A stretch of 64,000 nucleotides of DNA from NCBI GenBank assembly GCA_965216465.1, contig CBDCFW010000001.1, positions 96,001 to 160,000 on the forward strand. Direction: 5' to 3'. The position numbers and the translations under genes were made by a program. Position 1 is the first letter of the stretch. Every line of letters begins with the position of its first letter. Shown piece after piece: positions 17,227 to 30,300 of the stretch. Origin of the DNA: Bacteroidia bacterium. GTDB lineage: Bacteria > Bacteroidota > Bacteroidia > NS11-12g > UBA9320. The notes under the pieces are model-generated. The model was not told the origin of the DNA. It did no database searches and worked only from the letters and a program-made list of their open reading frames with translations.

Positions 17227-19902
17227 ATGAGACTACTTTTTTCCTTTGTATTGGCACTTTCTATTGGGTTTTCGTATGCACAGTTCACCGCATTTCCCAA
17301 TGTGATTACTGACGACATGCCTAAATATGTCGCCCAAAACCCTAACCTGTTGCTTAAATCCGCTGCAAATCCAAAACAGTGCGATGAAGACACCATCGAA
17401 TACGCCCGATATAAAGCTTCGGCCTTTCAAGGTATTGCCGTATCTAACGGTTATGCTCTAGGCCAGTATTACGACGCTCCCGACTCCGTTGAAGTGGGAG
17501 GAGTAACTTTTTACGGTTGGACAGTCTCAAACGACGACGATTCCGTAACACTTACCATTAGTCTCTATAAAGCGGGTATTGATACGCTTCCCTCAGGAAC
17601 TCCACTTCGAACGGCAACTATTACAGTCGATACCGCATTTAATGGCGGTGTGCTTTCTACCTTGCGTAGAAGTGTTGTTTTTTCAACGCCATACAAAACT
17701 GCAGACCCGTTTATTGTAACTATAGAAACTTCTGATTCAATTCGAGTGGCCATTGTTGCGAACGGCTATGCTCAACGCGATGGCGAAGGTGAGAACATTG
17801 CTTGCGGCACTGTTGGAGGTACTTGGTACAGATGCTTAAACCTAAACATTGGCGGCACGACCCTTGATTGCGACATTTTATTGGAACCTCATGTAACATA
17901 CAATACCTACGCCGGATTCTCCGCTCCTACCTGCTTCGATTGGTCAGATACCGTATTCTACACGAACGAGAGTTCACCAATTTTAAGCCACCGTATGTAC
18001 AACCGCTACATTGCCTATAACCTCGGCCAATATTCGTATTACTGGTACTACGGATTAGGAGCTGGTGCAGAATATACAGAACAAGCTAAACGTAAGTTTC
18101 CTACCTATAACAATTATACAACACGCTTGGTAACCACAATGTACAGCTACCGGTCTTCTATCGGATGCCGAGACACAGCGTACCAAGATTTGTATTTTCA
18201 ACCTTCGGAGGTGGGAATTATTGCCGACACGCCAGTATGTAGTGGAAACAATGCAGTCATCAGCGGGCTCAGTACCGGACAAATTCAATGGTACAATAAC
18301 GCTTCTGACACCACTCCATTTAATACAGGAAAACAATACATCACTCCTGCTTTAGACTCAACTGAGAGTTACTACCTTCAAGCGGAAAATGTGAGTTGTA
18401 AATCGACTTTAAGAAAAATTACCATACCTGTGGCTGAAAGTCCAGATGCTCCAATAGCTGTTGGCGATTCAATATGTTTAAATTCTAAAGCAAATGTCAG
18501 AGCGACTGCAAATGTGGGCGAGATTACGTGGTGGGACAGTCCAACTGCTGGAGCACGATTAGGCGAAGGAGAAGTTTATGTATCTCCTTCATTGGTAACG
18601 TCAACAACATACTACGCAGAAGCAAATAACCAAGGCTGTCTGAGTAAAACTCGAACTCCTGCATATGTAGATGTAAAGGCAAGTAATGCCCCAGATGATC
18701 CTATCACGAATTTGGATAGTTTGGTTTGTCTACACGACGGATTAGCCAGTTTGCACGCTTCTTCTCCTTCAGGGGATTCTTTGTTTTGGTATGATATTCC
18801 ATCCGGAGGAAGTCCTATCGATACGGGAAATGCGTTTCAATACAGTCCACAAACCCTTGGGGCTGATTATATTTACGTAGAAGCTCATGACGGACAGTGT
18901 GCTAGCTCAAGAGTACAGAAAAAATTAATTGTTTGGACCTTCCCAAGTCCTACCATACCGAGTAGTGATACCCAATGCTTGGGCGATACCTTGCACTTGG
19001 ATTTCTCTTCAACCTTTGGCCAAACAAAGTGGTATGATCAAGCAACAGGAGGAAATGTAGTGTACGACAGCAATAAGTTTGCAGTTTACGGCTTATCTAC
19101 TTCAACCACATTTTATTTGGCTCCGTATAGTGCCGATTGTGTAGATACTATGCGCCATGTCTTGCCTATTGAAATTGTGCCGTTCGGTGAGCTGTCAGAG
19201 ATTACGGGTGATCAAATTTGTGCAAAAGAAACAGCCACACTATCTGCCAAAACTAATGCAGGAAGCATTCTTTGGGCTCACATTGATGCCCCATTAACAG
19301 TTTTAGGAACTGGTGAAACATTTACAACTGAAGAATTGACTCAAAATTCAGAATATCTAGTTCGAACTCAGAATTACAAATGTGTAAGCGAAAACGAGCT
19401 GGTTGAGGTTGAAGTAAAACCTCTACCAAGTGCTTCATTTAACTATCAGGTTAATAATCCAGGAGATTTTACCTTTTTAGCCTCAACTTCGGGATTAGAC
19501 TACCACTGGGATTTTGGGGATGGTAATACAGCTACTACCCGTCAAGCTAAACATGTATACGAACGAAATGGCGAGTTTACGGTCGTTTTAACCACCACCG
19601 GAAGTAACGGTTGTTCCAGTCAAAGCACACGTACCGTTAAAGTATCAGGACTCATTACCAATGTTTATGAGGTTGATGAATTGGCACTATGGATTTATCC
19701 TAACCCTGCCAAAGACCATTTAAATGTAGATGCAGCTCAGCCAAGTAAAGTGGAGGTCTTTAACATGTACGGTCAAAGTATGCTAAAAGCAGATATTCAC
19801 AGCGGCAACAATCTAATCCCTATAAATCTGGTTCCCGGAACTTATGTACTGCTTCTCACCAACGAGAAAACACGATTAAGTCGAAAGCTGATTATCGAAT
19901 AA
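17227..19902 (+). CDS. T9SS type A cargo with Ig-like (CHU-type) repeats and PKD domain
   Basis: Repeats WY..G..(F/Y).TP.L....YY..A..C.S; YHWDFGDG PKD motif; IYPNPA CTD. Start at ATG 17227. Confidence 0.85.
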   Translation: MRLLFSFVLALSIGFSYAQFTAFPNVITDDMPKYVAQNPNLLLKSAANPKQCDEDTIEYARYKASAFQGIAVSNGYALGQYYDAPDSVEVGGVTFYGWTVSNDDDSVTLTISLYKAGIDTLPSGTPLRTATITVDTAFNGGVLSTLRRSVVFSTPYKTADPFIVTIETSDSIRVAIVANGYAQRDGEGENIACGTVGGTWYRCLNLNIGGTTLDCDILLEPHVTYNTYAGFSAPTCFDWSDTVFYTNESSPILSHRMYNRYIAYNLGQYSYYWYYGLGAGAEYTEQAKRKFPTYNNYTTRLVTTMYSYRSSIGCRDTAYQDLYFQPSEVGIIADTPVCSGNNAVISGLSTGQIQWYNNASDTTPFNTGKQYITPALDSTESYYLQAENVSCKSTLRKITIPVAESPDAPIAVGDSICLNSKANVRATANVGEITWWDSPTAGARLGEGEVYVSPSLVTSTTYYAEANNQGCLSKTRTPAYVDVKASNAPDDPITNLDSLVCLHDGLASLHASSPSGDSLFWYDIPSGGSPIDTGNAFQYSPQTLGADYIYVEAHDGQCASSRVQKKLIVWTFPSPTIPSSDTQCLGDTLHLDFSSTFGQTKWYDQATGGNVVYDSNKFAVYGLSTSTTFYLAPYSADCVDTMRHVLPIEIVPFGELSEITGDQICAKETATLSAKTNAGSILWAHIDAPLTVLGTGETFTTEELTQNSEYLVRTQNYKCVSENELVEVEVKPLPSASFNYQVNNPGDFTFLASTSGLDYHWDFGDGNTATTRQAKHVYERNGEFTVVLTTTGSNGCSSQSTRTVKVSGLITNVYEVDELALWIYPNPAKDHLNVDAAQPSKVEVFNMYGQSMLKADIHSGNNLIPINLVPGTYVLLLTNEKTRLSRKLIIE

Positions 19903-19922
19903 TAGATTAAAAAAAGACATAA

Positions 19923-19948
19923 AAAAAGAGGCCTTTCGGCCTCTTTTT
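19923..19948. terminator. Bidirectional intrinsic terminator
   Basis: AAAAAGAGGCC-TTTC-GGCCTCTTTTT between convergent genes. Confidence 0.85.
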
Positions 19949-19967
19949 AATTTTATTATAAAACGAC

Positions 19968-20513
19968 TTACTCGTTTAATTTTCGTTTAACTTCGAACTT
20001 ACCGTTTCTTACCTGGTAGCTATTAACTCCCTTTAAAACAGTTCCTGTAAAAGTTCCTTTAATTACACCAGTACCTTCATCTCCGTACTCCGTAACTGTG
20101 ATTGAAATAGAACCGTTATCCGCTGAAAACTCTTCTCTTCTAATGTCACCAATTGTACCAGTTCCACAAGCGAAAGTAGCTGTACCACCGTTTTGGTTAG
20201 TGAACGTTCCAGCCATGTTACCATCAAACTCAAATTCGAAATCGGCATCACCGTTTGAACCGTCGTTTCCAGAAACATAAACATATGTTCTGTCAGCAGC
20301 ACTGTTGTACACACCGTAAGTTAAATCTTCTTCAATATTCAATCTGTACGTATCGAATCCAATTTTAAACTCGTTAACAATTTCTTCTACTGGAGTGGTA
20401 TCACCAGGAAGTGTGTCTTGTGGCTCAGGCGTCGTAGTTGTTTGACATCCTGTGTTATTAAAACCAAGAATAACAGCAGCCAATGCAAGGGTTAAGAAAG
20501 ATAATTTTTTCAT
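19968..20513 (-). CDS. Hypothetical lipoprotein
   Basis: Signal peptide ending NTGC; C-terminal IKGTFTG..NGKF beta motif. Confidence 0.7.
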   Translation of the reverse strand: MKKLSFLTLALAAVILGFNNTGCQTTTTPEPQDTLPGDTTPVEEIVNEFKIGFDTYRLNIEEDLTYGVYNSAADRTYVYVSGNDGSNGDADFEFEFDGNMAGTFTNQNGGTATFACGTGTIGDIRREEFSADNGSISITVTEYGDEGTGVIKGTFTGTVLKGVNSYQVRNGKFEVKRKLNE

Positions 20514-20593
20514 TTTTTTCTAGTTGAGCACAAAAATAATAGACCATTTAACATAATCTTCACTTTGTCAAAATATTAGAATAATTATGATAT

Positions 20594-21289
20594 TCAAATA
20601 ACAGAACCGGGTGAAATATGACGCTCTTCTTCCCTACTGAGAAGCTTCGCATCTTCTTTCCCGTGATACATCAAATCGTTCCCATTCTGTTCTAAGTAAC
20701 TCGCTTCCGGAAGGCAAACAACTTGCATTTTTGGATTAATTGAAATGTATTCGGTTAAACGCTGCAAGCGACTTTCTCCACCATGATTTGGAATGGTTGC
20801 TTCGGTATAGTGCGGATTGATTTGAGGTTCAATCAACGCCAATGCATTAAACGACTGAGGCTCTGTAATTGGCATATCGTTCGTCGTGCAAATAGTAGGA
20901 CTTGCAACATTTGAGCCTGCACTCCAACCGACATAAGGCGTTCCACTTGCAACTTTAGCTCTAATGGCTTCAATTAGACCATTATCCTGCATTTGTCTCA
21001 ATAAATGAAACGTATTTCCTCCTCCAACGAAAATTGCACTTGCATTTTCTATAGCAGAAACAGCATTGTCAAAATCATTGATGTTTGATACTTTGACGCC
21101 CAAATCTCCCAAAGCGTTATTTACCGTATTGGTATACTCTTGCGTAGAAAATGAAGCCGCCGCGTAAGGAATGAAGACAATATTTTCGTTATGGTCTTGA
21201 ACAAAAGAAGCAATCTTCTCTTTGCACCAGTCCATATAAGACTCGCCAAAATTAGTTGAGTTGCTGAGTAATAGAAGCTTCATGATCAA
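20594..21289 (-). CDS. pepE: Dipeptidase E (Asp-specific, S51)
   Basis: VGGGNTF, GWSAGSN, TTNDMP, INPHY, HGGESR. Confidence 0.92.
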   Translation of the reverse strand: MIMKLLLLSNSTNFGESYMDWCKEKIASFVQDHNENIVFIPYAAASFSTQEYTNTVNNALGDLGVKVSNINDFDNAVSAIENASAIFVGGGNTFHLLRQMQDNGLIEAIRAKVASGTPYVGWSAGSNVASPTICTTNDMPITEPQSFNALALIEPQINPHYTEATIPNHGGESRLQRLTEYISINPKMQVVCLPEASYLEQNGNDLMYHGKEDAKLLSREEERHISPGSVI

Positions 21290-21972
21290 GGTGACCAGAA
21301 ATCTACTACTTCCATATCAAAGCTCAAGGCATCGTTAGGAGCAATACCGCTTCCACGTGGTGGCATCAGGCCGTACGCCATGTCTGGAGCAAGGTAAACT
21401 GTCCATTTTGCACCTTTATTCATTTGCTTAAGTGCAGCTGTCCAACCTGGAATAACGCCATCTACTGTAAATGTAACGGGGTCTCTTCCTTCTGTTGATT
21501 GGAATACCTCGCCCTTTGATAATCTTCCGGTGTAGTGAGCTAAAACAGAGTCTCCGCTTACTGGACTAGGACCTTCTCCTTCAGTAATTACTTTGTAGTA
21601 AACACCCTCAACCAACATTTTAACTCCTTCTTCTCCTTTAATAGACTCGATCCAAGCTAAGCTTTCAGCAAGTTTGTCACTTTCTTCTTTATTACGAAGT
21701 GCAGTAAAGTATTTCTCTAGACATGCATTTGCTTCAGCTTCGTCAATTTCTTTTTCTTCACCAGCTATCGCACGATTAACACCTGCAACGAATTGAGCCA
21801 TGCTCACATCTGTGAACTTACCGTTCTTCATGTCCGCTCCAATGTTGTATCCGATTAAGTAGCTAACAGAATCAATTTCAGATTCCATAACCGGAAAGTC
21901 TTTAGTTTCATAGTTTGCACTATTACATGCAGCCAGTGTTACAGCTGCTAAAATGATTAATATATTTTTCAT
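21286..21972 (-). CDS. FKBP-type peptidyl-prolyl isomerase (lipoprotein)
   Basis: DSVSY.IG, HYTGRL, VIPGW, LAPDMAYG. Confidence 0.9.
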   Translation of the reverse strand: MKNILIILAAVTLAACNSANYETKDFPVMESEIDSVSYLIGYNIGADMKNGKFTDVSMAQFVAGVNRAIAGEEKEIDEAEANACLEKYFTALRNKEESDKLAESLAWIESIKGEEGVKMLVEGVYYKVITEGEGPSPVSGDSVLAHYTGRLSKGEVFQSTEGRDPVTFTVDGVIPGWTAALKQMNKGAKWTVYLAPDMAYGLMPPRGSGIAPNDALSFDMEVVDFWSP

Positions 21973-21976
21973 GTTT

Positions 21977-23653
<1,677 letters not shown>

Positions 23654-23710
23654 CTATTATTGAATAGATTTTTAGCTAAAAACCAAAACTTAACCAACCA
23701 ACTTAAATCT

Positions 23711-24562
23711 ATGGACAAGTATTCCATCTATATCCTAGCCGCATCGCTGGCAATTACCATGTGGGGAATGGGGCTCACACTTACAACTAAAGACTTTAAA
23801 CGCGTGTTAGAGAGTCCTAAGGCAGTTCTTCTTGGTCTGATAAACCAATTAATACTCCTCCCGCTAATAGGATTTGGACTACTTAAGCTAATCCCTTCAA
23901 GTCCAGAAGTTGCTGTTGGAATCATGATATTAGCAGCCAGTCCGGGTGGTCCTACCTCCAACTTATTGTCGATGCTGGCAAAGGCTGACACCGCGTTATC
24001 GGTTACCATGACAGCGATAAACAGTGTTATAACTGTATTTACTATCCCATTTATTGTTAACTTTGGGTTGGAAACGTTTGCAGGTGAAGGTCAAAAAGTT
24101 CAACTTGATATACTCAAGACCATAGGCGAAATGGTGGCAATAGTAATCTTACCCATGGTAATTGGAATGTACATAAAAGCAAGAAGTCACAGTTTTGCAG
24201 ATCGTATGGCCAAGCCAGTTCGAATTGCCTCTGTTGCCTTACTGGCTCTGATTATCATTGGTATTGTAATTAAAGAACGTGAAAACATTGTAAGTTACTT
24301 TGCTAACGCAGGACTCGTTGCATTGCTTTTAAATGTAAGTACGATGCTGGTGGGCTTCATTACCGCTCGTATCGCTCGTTTAGGAAGAAATCAAGCCATG
24401 ACAATATCACTAGAATCAGGTGTTCAGAATGGAACCATGGCATTAACAGTAGCTGGAATGCTGCCGGTATTGGCCTACACCATAGCTCCAGCGGTGTACA
24501 GCTTGATTATGTATTTCACGAGTGGATTGGTAATTAGCCTCTTCTTAAAGAAGAAAATCTAA
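23711..24562 (+). CDS. Bile acid:sodium symporter family protein
   Basis: MWGMGLTL, SPGGPTSN, ESGVQNG. Start at ATG 23711. Confidence 0.88.
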   Translation: MDKYSIYILAASLAITMWGMGLTLTTKDFKRVLESPKAVLLGLINQLILLPLIGFGLLKLIPSSPEVAVGIMILAASPGGPTSNLLSMLAKADTALSVTMTAINSVITVFTIPFIVNFGLETFAGEGQKVQLDILKTIGEMVAIVILPMVIGMYIKARSHSFADRMAKPVRIASVALLALIIIGIVIKERENIVSYFANAGLVALLLNVSTMLVGFITARIARLGRNQAMTISLESGVQNGTMALTVAGMLPVLAYTIAPAVYSLIMYFTSGLVISLFLKKKI

Positions 24563-24579
24563 TCCCTTATCTTTGTTAG

Positions 24580-25272
24580 ATGAGGTCTCTAGTTCTTATA
24601 CTTAGTTTAAGTTTAATTTTTCAAGCTTATTCCAATAGGCCTCACACTCACACTCATGCTCACACTCAAACTGCCTCATGTCCGGTTCGTCCAGACTTTA
24701 AAAAGGCGTGGACATTAAGTACAGGAGGATATTACCTAGCAACCCAAGGATCTGGCACTGTAGGGCTCAATTTTGAAGCCACAAAAGCATTTAATCGTGT
24801 TATAGTTGGAGTTGGACATAATCGTATGAATCATCTTTATTCTCAGCAGGAATTTAGAGCAGGTAATGATATAGGTACAGGATCGACTATTTACATCAGT
24901 GCATCTCATGTTCCATTTCAAAACTTACGTACGAAAGTTTTTCAGAAAGTCTCATTAGGAGTGGCGACTAATTACAATTACCAACCTTTCACACCAAATG
25001 CGGATTACGTTTTCGAAAGTAGTCTATCAGGTAGCTGGGATTTGTGCGTACAGCACCTTCCGCGAAAGAGAGGATTTTATCGACCGAGTATTGGAGCAAG
25101 TATAGGTGTATATTCTAACCTTCAACATCTAGGCTATGATGAAGCGGTCAAGCGGGAAGTTATGCCATTACCTGGACCAGATCATACCAACAATCAATTC
25201 ATTGGATTTAGAGCTGAAATCACCCTAGGTTTTGTGATAATGGGAAAACAAGGCCGCGGGGTTGTTTTTTAA
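24580..25272 (+). CDS. Hypothetical exported protein with His-Thr repeat, paralog 1
   Basis: Signal peptide, HTHTHAHTQT tract; similar throughout to 25291-25995. Confidence 0.7.
   Translation: MRSLVLILSLSLIFQAYSNRPHTHTHAHTQTASCPVRPDFKKAWTLSTGGYYLATQGSGTVGLNFEATKAFNRVIVGVGHNRMNHLYSQQEFRAGNDIGTGSTIYISASHVPFQNLRTKVFQKVSLGVATNYNYQPFTPNADYVFESSLSGSWDLCVQHLPRKRGFYRPSIGASIGVYSNLQHLGYDEAVKREVMPLPGPDHTNNQFIGFRAEITLGFVIMGKQGRGVVF
24641..24672 (+). repeat. Hexamer repeat (CTCACA)n, degenerate
   Basis: ctcaca ctcaca ctcatg ctcaca ctcaaa ct. Confidence 0.8.
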
Positions 25273-25290
25273 TCCCTTTATCTTTGTTAT

Positions 25291-25995
25291 ATGAGGTCTC
25301 TAATTCTAACACTTTGTTTAAGTTTTGTTTGTTTGGCATTTGCCAATCACACTCACACCCCAACTCAAACTCACACTCACACTCAATCTCAAACTGCTCC
25401 ATGTACGGTTCGTCCAGACTTTAAGAAGGCGTGGACGTTAAGCAGTGGAGGATATGTTCTAGCCGCTCATAGTTCTAATGCTTTAGGGTTAAATTTTGAA
25501 GCCACAAAAGCCTTTAATCGCATAGTTATCGGAGTTGGGTATAACAAAACACAACTCATGTATAACCCAAAACCTAACGCATTTATTGGCACTGGGTCAA
25601 GAATGTATATTAGTACAGCTCACGTTCCCTTCCAGAACACACGTATCAAAGTTTTTCACAAGGCGTCATTAGGAATTGCTCAAAACCAGAACTACCAACA
25701 CTTGAGTTATCAGGAAATAAACTATCGCTACGAAAAGAGTCTCAATGGTAGCTGGGATTTGGGTGTGCAACACCTTCTAACCAAAAGAGGATTCTATCGC
25801 CCTAGCATTGGAGCGAGTGTTGGTGTTTATTCAAACTTGAAACATTTGGGTTACAAAGAGTCGTTTGAGATTTATGACTGTGGTACAACCCTTAAATTTA
25901 TGCCAGAAACCAACAATCAATTTGTTGGATTTAGAGCAGAAATCACCTTAGGTTTTGTGATCATGAGCAAATTTGTGCCTGGGCTTAATTTTTAG
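25291..25995 (+). CDS. Hypothetical exported protein with His-Thr repeat, paralog 2
   Basis: Signal peptide, HTHTPTQTHTHTQSQT; shares VRPDFKKAWTLS, GLNFEATKAFNR, RGFYRPSIGAS and GFRAEITLGFVIM with paralog 1. Confidence 0.7.
   Translation: MRSLILTLCLSFVCLAFANHTHTPTQTHTHTQSQTAPCTVRPDFKKAWTLSSGGYVLAAHSSNALGLNFEATKAFNRIVIGVGYNKTQLMYNPKPNAFIGTGSRMYISTAHVPFQNTRIKVFHKASLGIAQNQNYQHLSYQEINYRYEKSLNGSWDLGVQHLLTKRGFYRPSIGASVGVYSNLKHLGYKESFEIYDCGTTLKFMPETNNQFVGFRAEITLGFVIMSKFVPGLNF
25347..25395 (+). repeat. Hexamer repeat (CTCACA/CTCAAA)n, degenerate
   Basis: tcaca ctcaca ccccaa ctcaaa ctcaca ctcaca ctcaat ctcaaa ct. Confidence 0.8.
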
Positions 25996-27172
25996 CCGTT
26001 ACAGCTTCAAAGTAATTTTCTAGGCTTTGAGCTATTATATCCCAGCTGAAACGTGTACGGGCAACTTCTAAGCCCTTCTCTCCTACCGTTTTACGTTTAT
26101 TTTCGTCTGCTAACAAGGCACTTACCTCTTCAATAAACCGGTCCTTCTCTTTGGCTAAAATAACACCTTGGCCGCTTTCAATTTGAAGTCCCTCGAAACC
26201 TATATGTGTGCACACCGTCGGAACTCCCATGGCCATGGCCTCCAATACTTTATTCTGCGTACCGGCTCCAAATCGCAATGGTGCTATTACCACACTGGCT
26301 TCGGCATACATATCCTTCAAATCAGGAACAAAACCAGTTACTGAAATTCCATTTCCAGCTAATTTTTTAACGGCCTCAACCGGTCGTTGGCCTGCAATAA
26401 CAAATAGAACGTTTGGGAATTGTTCTGCTATCTGAGGCCACATTTCCTTGGCAAAATATTGAACCGCATCAACATTTGGAGCATAGTCCATGTTTCCAGT
26501 AAATAAGATGGTGTTGGAGTGGGTGTAATCATGGCCTGAACCCACATCAAATGTGTCTAAATCAACCCCATTTAAAAGCAGGGAAAGATTCTCTGTTTTG
26601 TGCAATTTTTCGAGGTATGATTTATCCTCAGCTGAGCATACCAAAGTCTTATCAAACTTGGTAATAACTTGTTCTGCCTTTACCAGTCTACCAATCTCTA
26701 TTTTGTCAATTAAACGATTAATAAGTGGTCGTTCGGTTTCATTTCTTCTTTTGAAATAAAGAGAAAAGGCATCAGGAAGATCCAATATTTTTGGAATTTG
26801 GAGGTGCTTAGTATATTGACTCATCCGCAAATGTTGCGTGTGAATTACATCAATATTGTATTGCTCAATGGCAAACTTGACCATGCGCTTCATCTTCACA
26901 CTTTTGAAGTAGGCAACTTGTAAAGGAGTAGATGATAAAAGTGCTGGAATTCCATTCAACACCGATCTCCATTTAGGTAAGTAGACTAACTCAATTTCTT
27001 TAAAGAACGGTTGAAGTTCTTTGAGATACTGCAACTCACTTCTCGACTCATAAAAAGTGACGAGATACAAGTTGTGCTTTTTAGCTAGTCTTCTGGTAAG
27101 ATTATATATTTTTAGCTTATCTCCCCTGAATGGAGGATACGGAAATCGATTGGCTAAAAATAAAATGTTCAA
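25985..27172 (-). CDS. Glycosyltransferase family 4
   Basis: RFPYPPFRGDK, FTGNMDYAPN, GAGTQNKVLEAMAMG; TTG start. Confidence 0.9.
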   Translation of the reverse strand: MNILFLANRFPYPPFRGDKLKIYNLTRRLAKKHNLYLVTFYESRSELQYLKELQPFFKEIELVYLPKWRSVLNGIPALLSSTPLQVAYFKSVKMKRMVKFAIEQYNIDVIHTQHLRMSQYTKHLQIPKILDLPDAFSLYFKRRNETERPLINRLIDKIEIGRLVKAEQVITKFDKTLVCSAEDKSYLEKLHKTENLSLLLNGVDLDTFDVGSGHDYTHSNTILFTGNMDYAPNVDAVQYFAKEMWPQIAEQFPNVLFVIAGQRPVEAVKKLAGNGISVTGFVPDLKDMYAEASVVIAPLRFGAGTQNKVLEAMAMGVPTVCTHIGFEGLQIESGQGVILAKEKDRFIEEVSALLADENKRKTVGEKGLEVARTRFSWDIIAQSLENYFEAVTAKN

Positions 27173-27336
27173 GTGTGCAAATTAAAGCCTGAAATACTTT
27201 TTAGCCAACAAGATTGCTTTGAAGAATGATTCCCTTGATTTTTTAACTCGCCGCTTGTCAAAAAATGACAATCTTAAACGTGATTTTGGATTCAATTTCA
27301 AAGGTTATTAGAAAGAAAACTCTAATTTCGAGCCCT

Positions 27337-30300
27337 ATGTCAAAATTGAAGCATTTATTGATTGTTTTGCTGGCTGGATTTAGCTTAAATCTACAAGCTC
27401 AAGACACCGTGGTTGTTAATACTTTAAACTACGGAAGCACAACTAGAGATACGATAATTGAATTCCCTTCGGGCAATGATACTTACGAAAAAATCATCAT
27501 GCTCTACAATATGCGTTGTAAAGACAATTTGGTTTCTGATGGAAACAACAGAAACAGAGGTTGTGGAGAGTGGGACTATAGTTGTAACACATATATAACC
27601 GACTCTGCCAAGATCGACTCCTTAAAAGCGACCACCGCAGATTATCAGATATCACAGTTTAGTGGGTCAACTTTTACATACAGCAACACGCCATCGTATA
27701 ATATTCATCGAAAAATGAATGTTACGACCACTGTAGATTCTTCTAAGAATGCTGCAGTTTCTGGTGTTGGAACCTTTGCTGGAAGTTATTTAGAAATATT
27801 AAGCCTAAATTCTGACCTTTCTGTCGGTAAAAGTCAATTCTTATATTCTGCATATGAATTGAAACAAGCAGGACTGACTGCCGGAAACATTAATTCGCTC
27901 TACATGCAAAGCTTTGTAGGAGGTTATGATATTGGACATGTATCGATCAAACTTAAAACGACTACTGCTGATTCTCTTGGATTAGGTGAACTTGAGTTTA
28001 CTGGGTTTCAAGAAGTGTTTAGCCAAAATGTGTGGTTAAATATAGATACCAACAAATTTGATTTCTATCAACCATTTATGTGGGACGGAACGTCAAACTT
28101 AATAGTAGAAATCAGCTACCAAGGTGTTTATAAAGGCCTTGCACCAGTTTTATTCCGATCTGACTATCAAGATACCGTTAAAACGGTACAAACCTTATCG
28201 GGTAGATCAATTGTAATGGATGGTTCTACTTATGTTTCTGTGAATGGTTATAAAGGAATCTCAGGCAATGCAAGTAGAAGTATCGATGCTTGGATTAAAA
28301 CCAGCTCGGTAAATGGAGAAATTTGCAGCTGGGGTAAAAACTCTGCAGGTCAAAAATGGGTATTTAGAGTTAACGATAATGGAACAATTCGCGTCGAAGT
28401 AAACGGCGGTAACATTTATGGAACAACCAACGTTGCTGACGGAAAATGGCACCACGTAGCATGTGTATTTGACGGAACCCATGTAAATGACATCAAACTT
28501 TTTGTTGATGGCGATGAAGAAAGCATTGGTGCAACAGCTAATCATGTTGTCAATACCGTAGACGAAATTGACGTACGTCTAAGCCGAGGAGTAAATAATA
28601 GGTACTTTAACGGTAACATGGATGAAGTTCGTTTGTGGAGTAGAGCACTAACCAATGCAGAAATTAAAAAACTAAGTCAAGGAAATACTTTAGATAACGA
28701 CGATATTGAGTTTCATTACCACTTCGAAGAAATTGAGAACACCAATACGGTTAATAGCTTTTTTGTTAATCGCCCTGCAACTATAATTGGAAATGCTAAA
28801 CTCGAACAACAACGTTTTTATGCGTTGAATCACGATTTTAGCGAACAAGTACTAAGACCTGTGGTAAGCTTCGTATCTGGAGACTTCTTTATTACAAACG
28901 ACACCACTTACTCTTTTGATAGTATCGTTCAACCACCGAACAGTGTGGTAAAGTTTGAAGTTGAATCACAAGCAAATACCATCTACAGTGACAATATTGT
29001 TCCTTTGGATACACAATATGTTTGGAACAGCAGCAACATGACTACTTTCTTTGATGAATCAGGAAATCAATATGATCAAGTTGGTCTTGGTAATGACGGT
29101 TCTATTGACATTGCATCATTGACTTACATGAGAAGATGGCCATCTACCTTCGAGATTATGTCATTCGTAACTCCTTATGGTATTGGGCTAAATTTGGGTA
29201 TTGACGGTAAGACTTGGACCTTTGACGTAAGCGATTTTGCTCCTCTGTTGAAAGGAAAGAAACGCATGTACTTAAGTCGTGGCGGTCAATGGCAAGAAGA
29301 AATGGATATCAAATTCCTTTTCATTAAAGGAACTCCAACGCGTGAAGTACTTGACATTCGTCAAATTTGGCCAACAGCTCAAGTAACAGCAAACTATACC
29401 CAGCTAATTAGTAACGATGTTTATTTCCCGCCTGTATCTTACCCTACTCTTGCCAATGGAAAAGGATTTAAAGTTCGTTCAGCTATTACGGGTCATGGCC
29501 AGGAAGGTGAATTTATCCCGCGTAATCACTTCATTACGGTATCCGACACCACCTATAATAGAACGGTTTGGAAAGACTGTGGTGAGAACCCTATTTACCC
29601 TCAGGGTGGTACTTGGATTTACGATCGAGCTGGATGGTGCCCAGGTATGGCTACCGACGTGGCAGAATACGATATAACGAAACGTGTTACTCCAGGCGAG
29701 GGAATAGACCTTGACTATGGTGTAACTGATGGTTCAGGTAATTCAAGATACATTGTTAACAATCAAATTGTGACCTATGGAGATTACAACTTTGAAGTAG
29801 ATGCAGATTTAGTTGACATCATGGAGCCTTCGAACAAGGTAGAATATGCTCGTCTTAACCCTATGTGCATCAATCCTAAAGCACATGTAAGAAACAATGG
29901 TTCTGCTTTAATGACAAGCATAACTATCGACTATTGGGTAAATGATAAGAGCAACAAAAGAACGTTCACATGGCCTTGTCACTTAAGACCGGGTGAAATT
30001 GAAACTGTATACTTCCCAATCGACAATTCAGTATGGTCTACAGCGGTTCAAGACAACAGTGTATTCTCTGCTGAAATAACTGCCGTTAATGGAGGTGCAG
30101 ATGAATATGCTCAAAATAACGTTTATCACAGTCCTTTTGAGTTCCCAGACGTTTATCCAGGAAACATTTACTTGTTCTACAGAACGAATAATGCGGCTCA
30201 CGAAACGAGCTTAAAGTTAGTTGATGAGTGGGGCAAAACTGTTTTTGAAAGAACAAATCATGCCAACTCAACTTTATACAGAGACACTTTAAGTCTAGGA

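Noticed and set aside
24641-25395. CRISPR-like or REP repeats
   Set aside because: In-frame hexamer microsatellites within CDSs; no spacers and no cas genes in the window.
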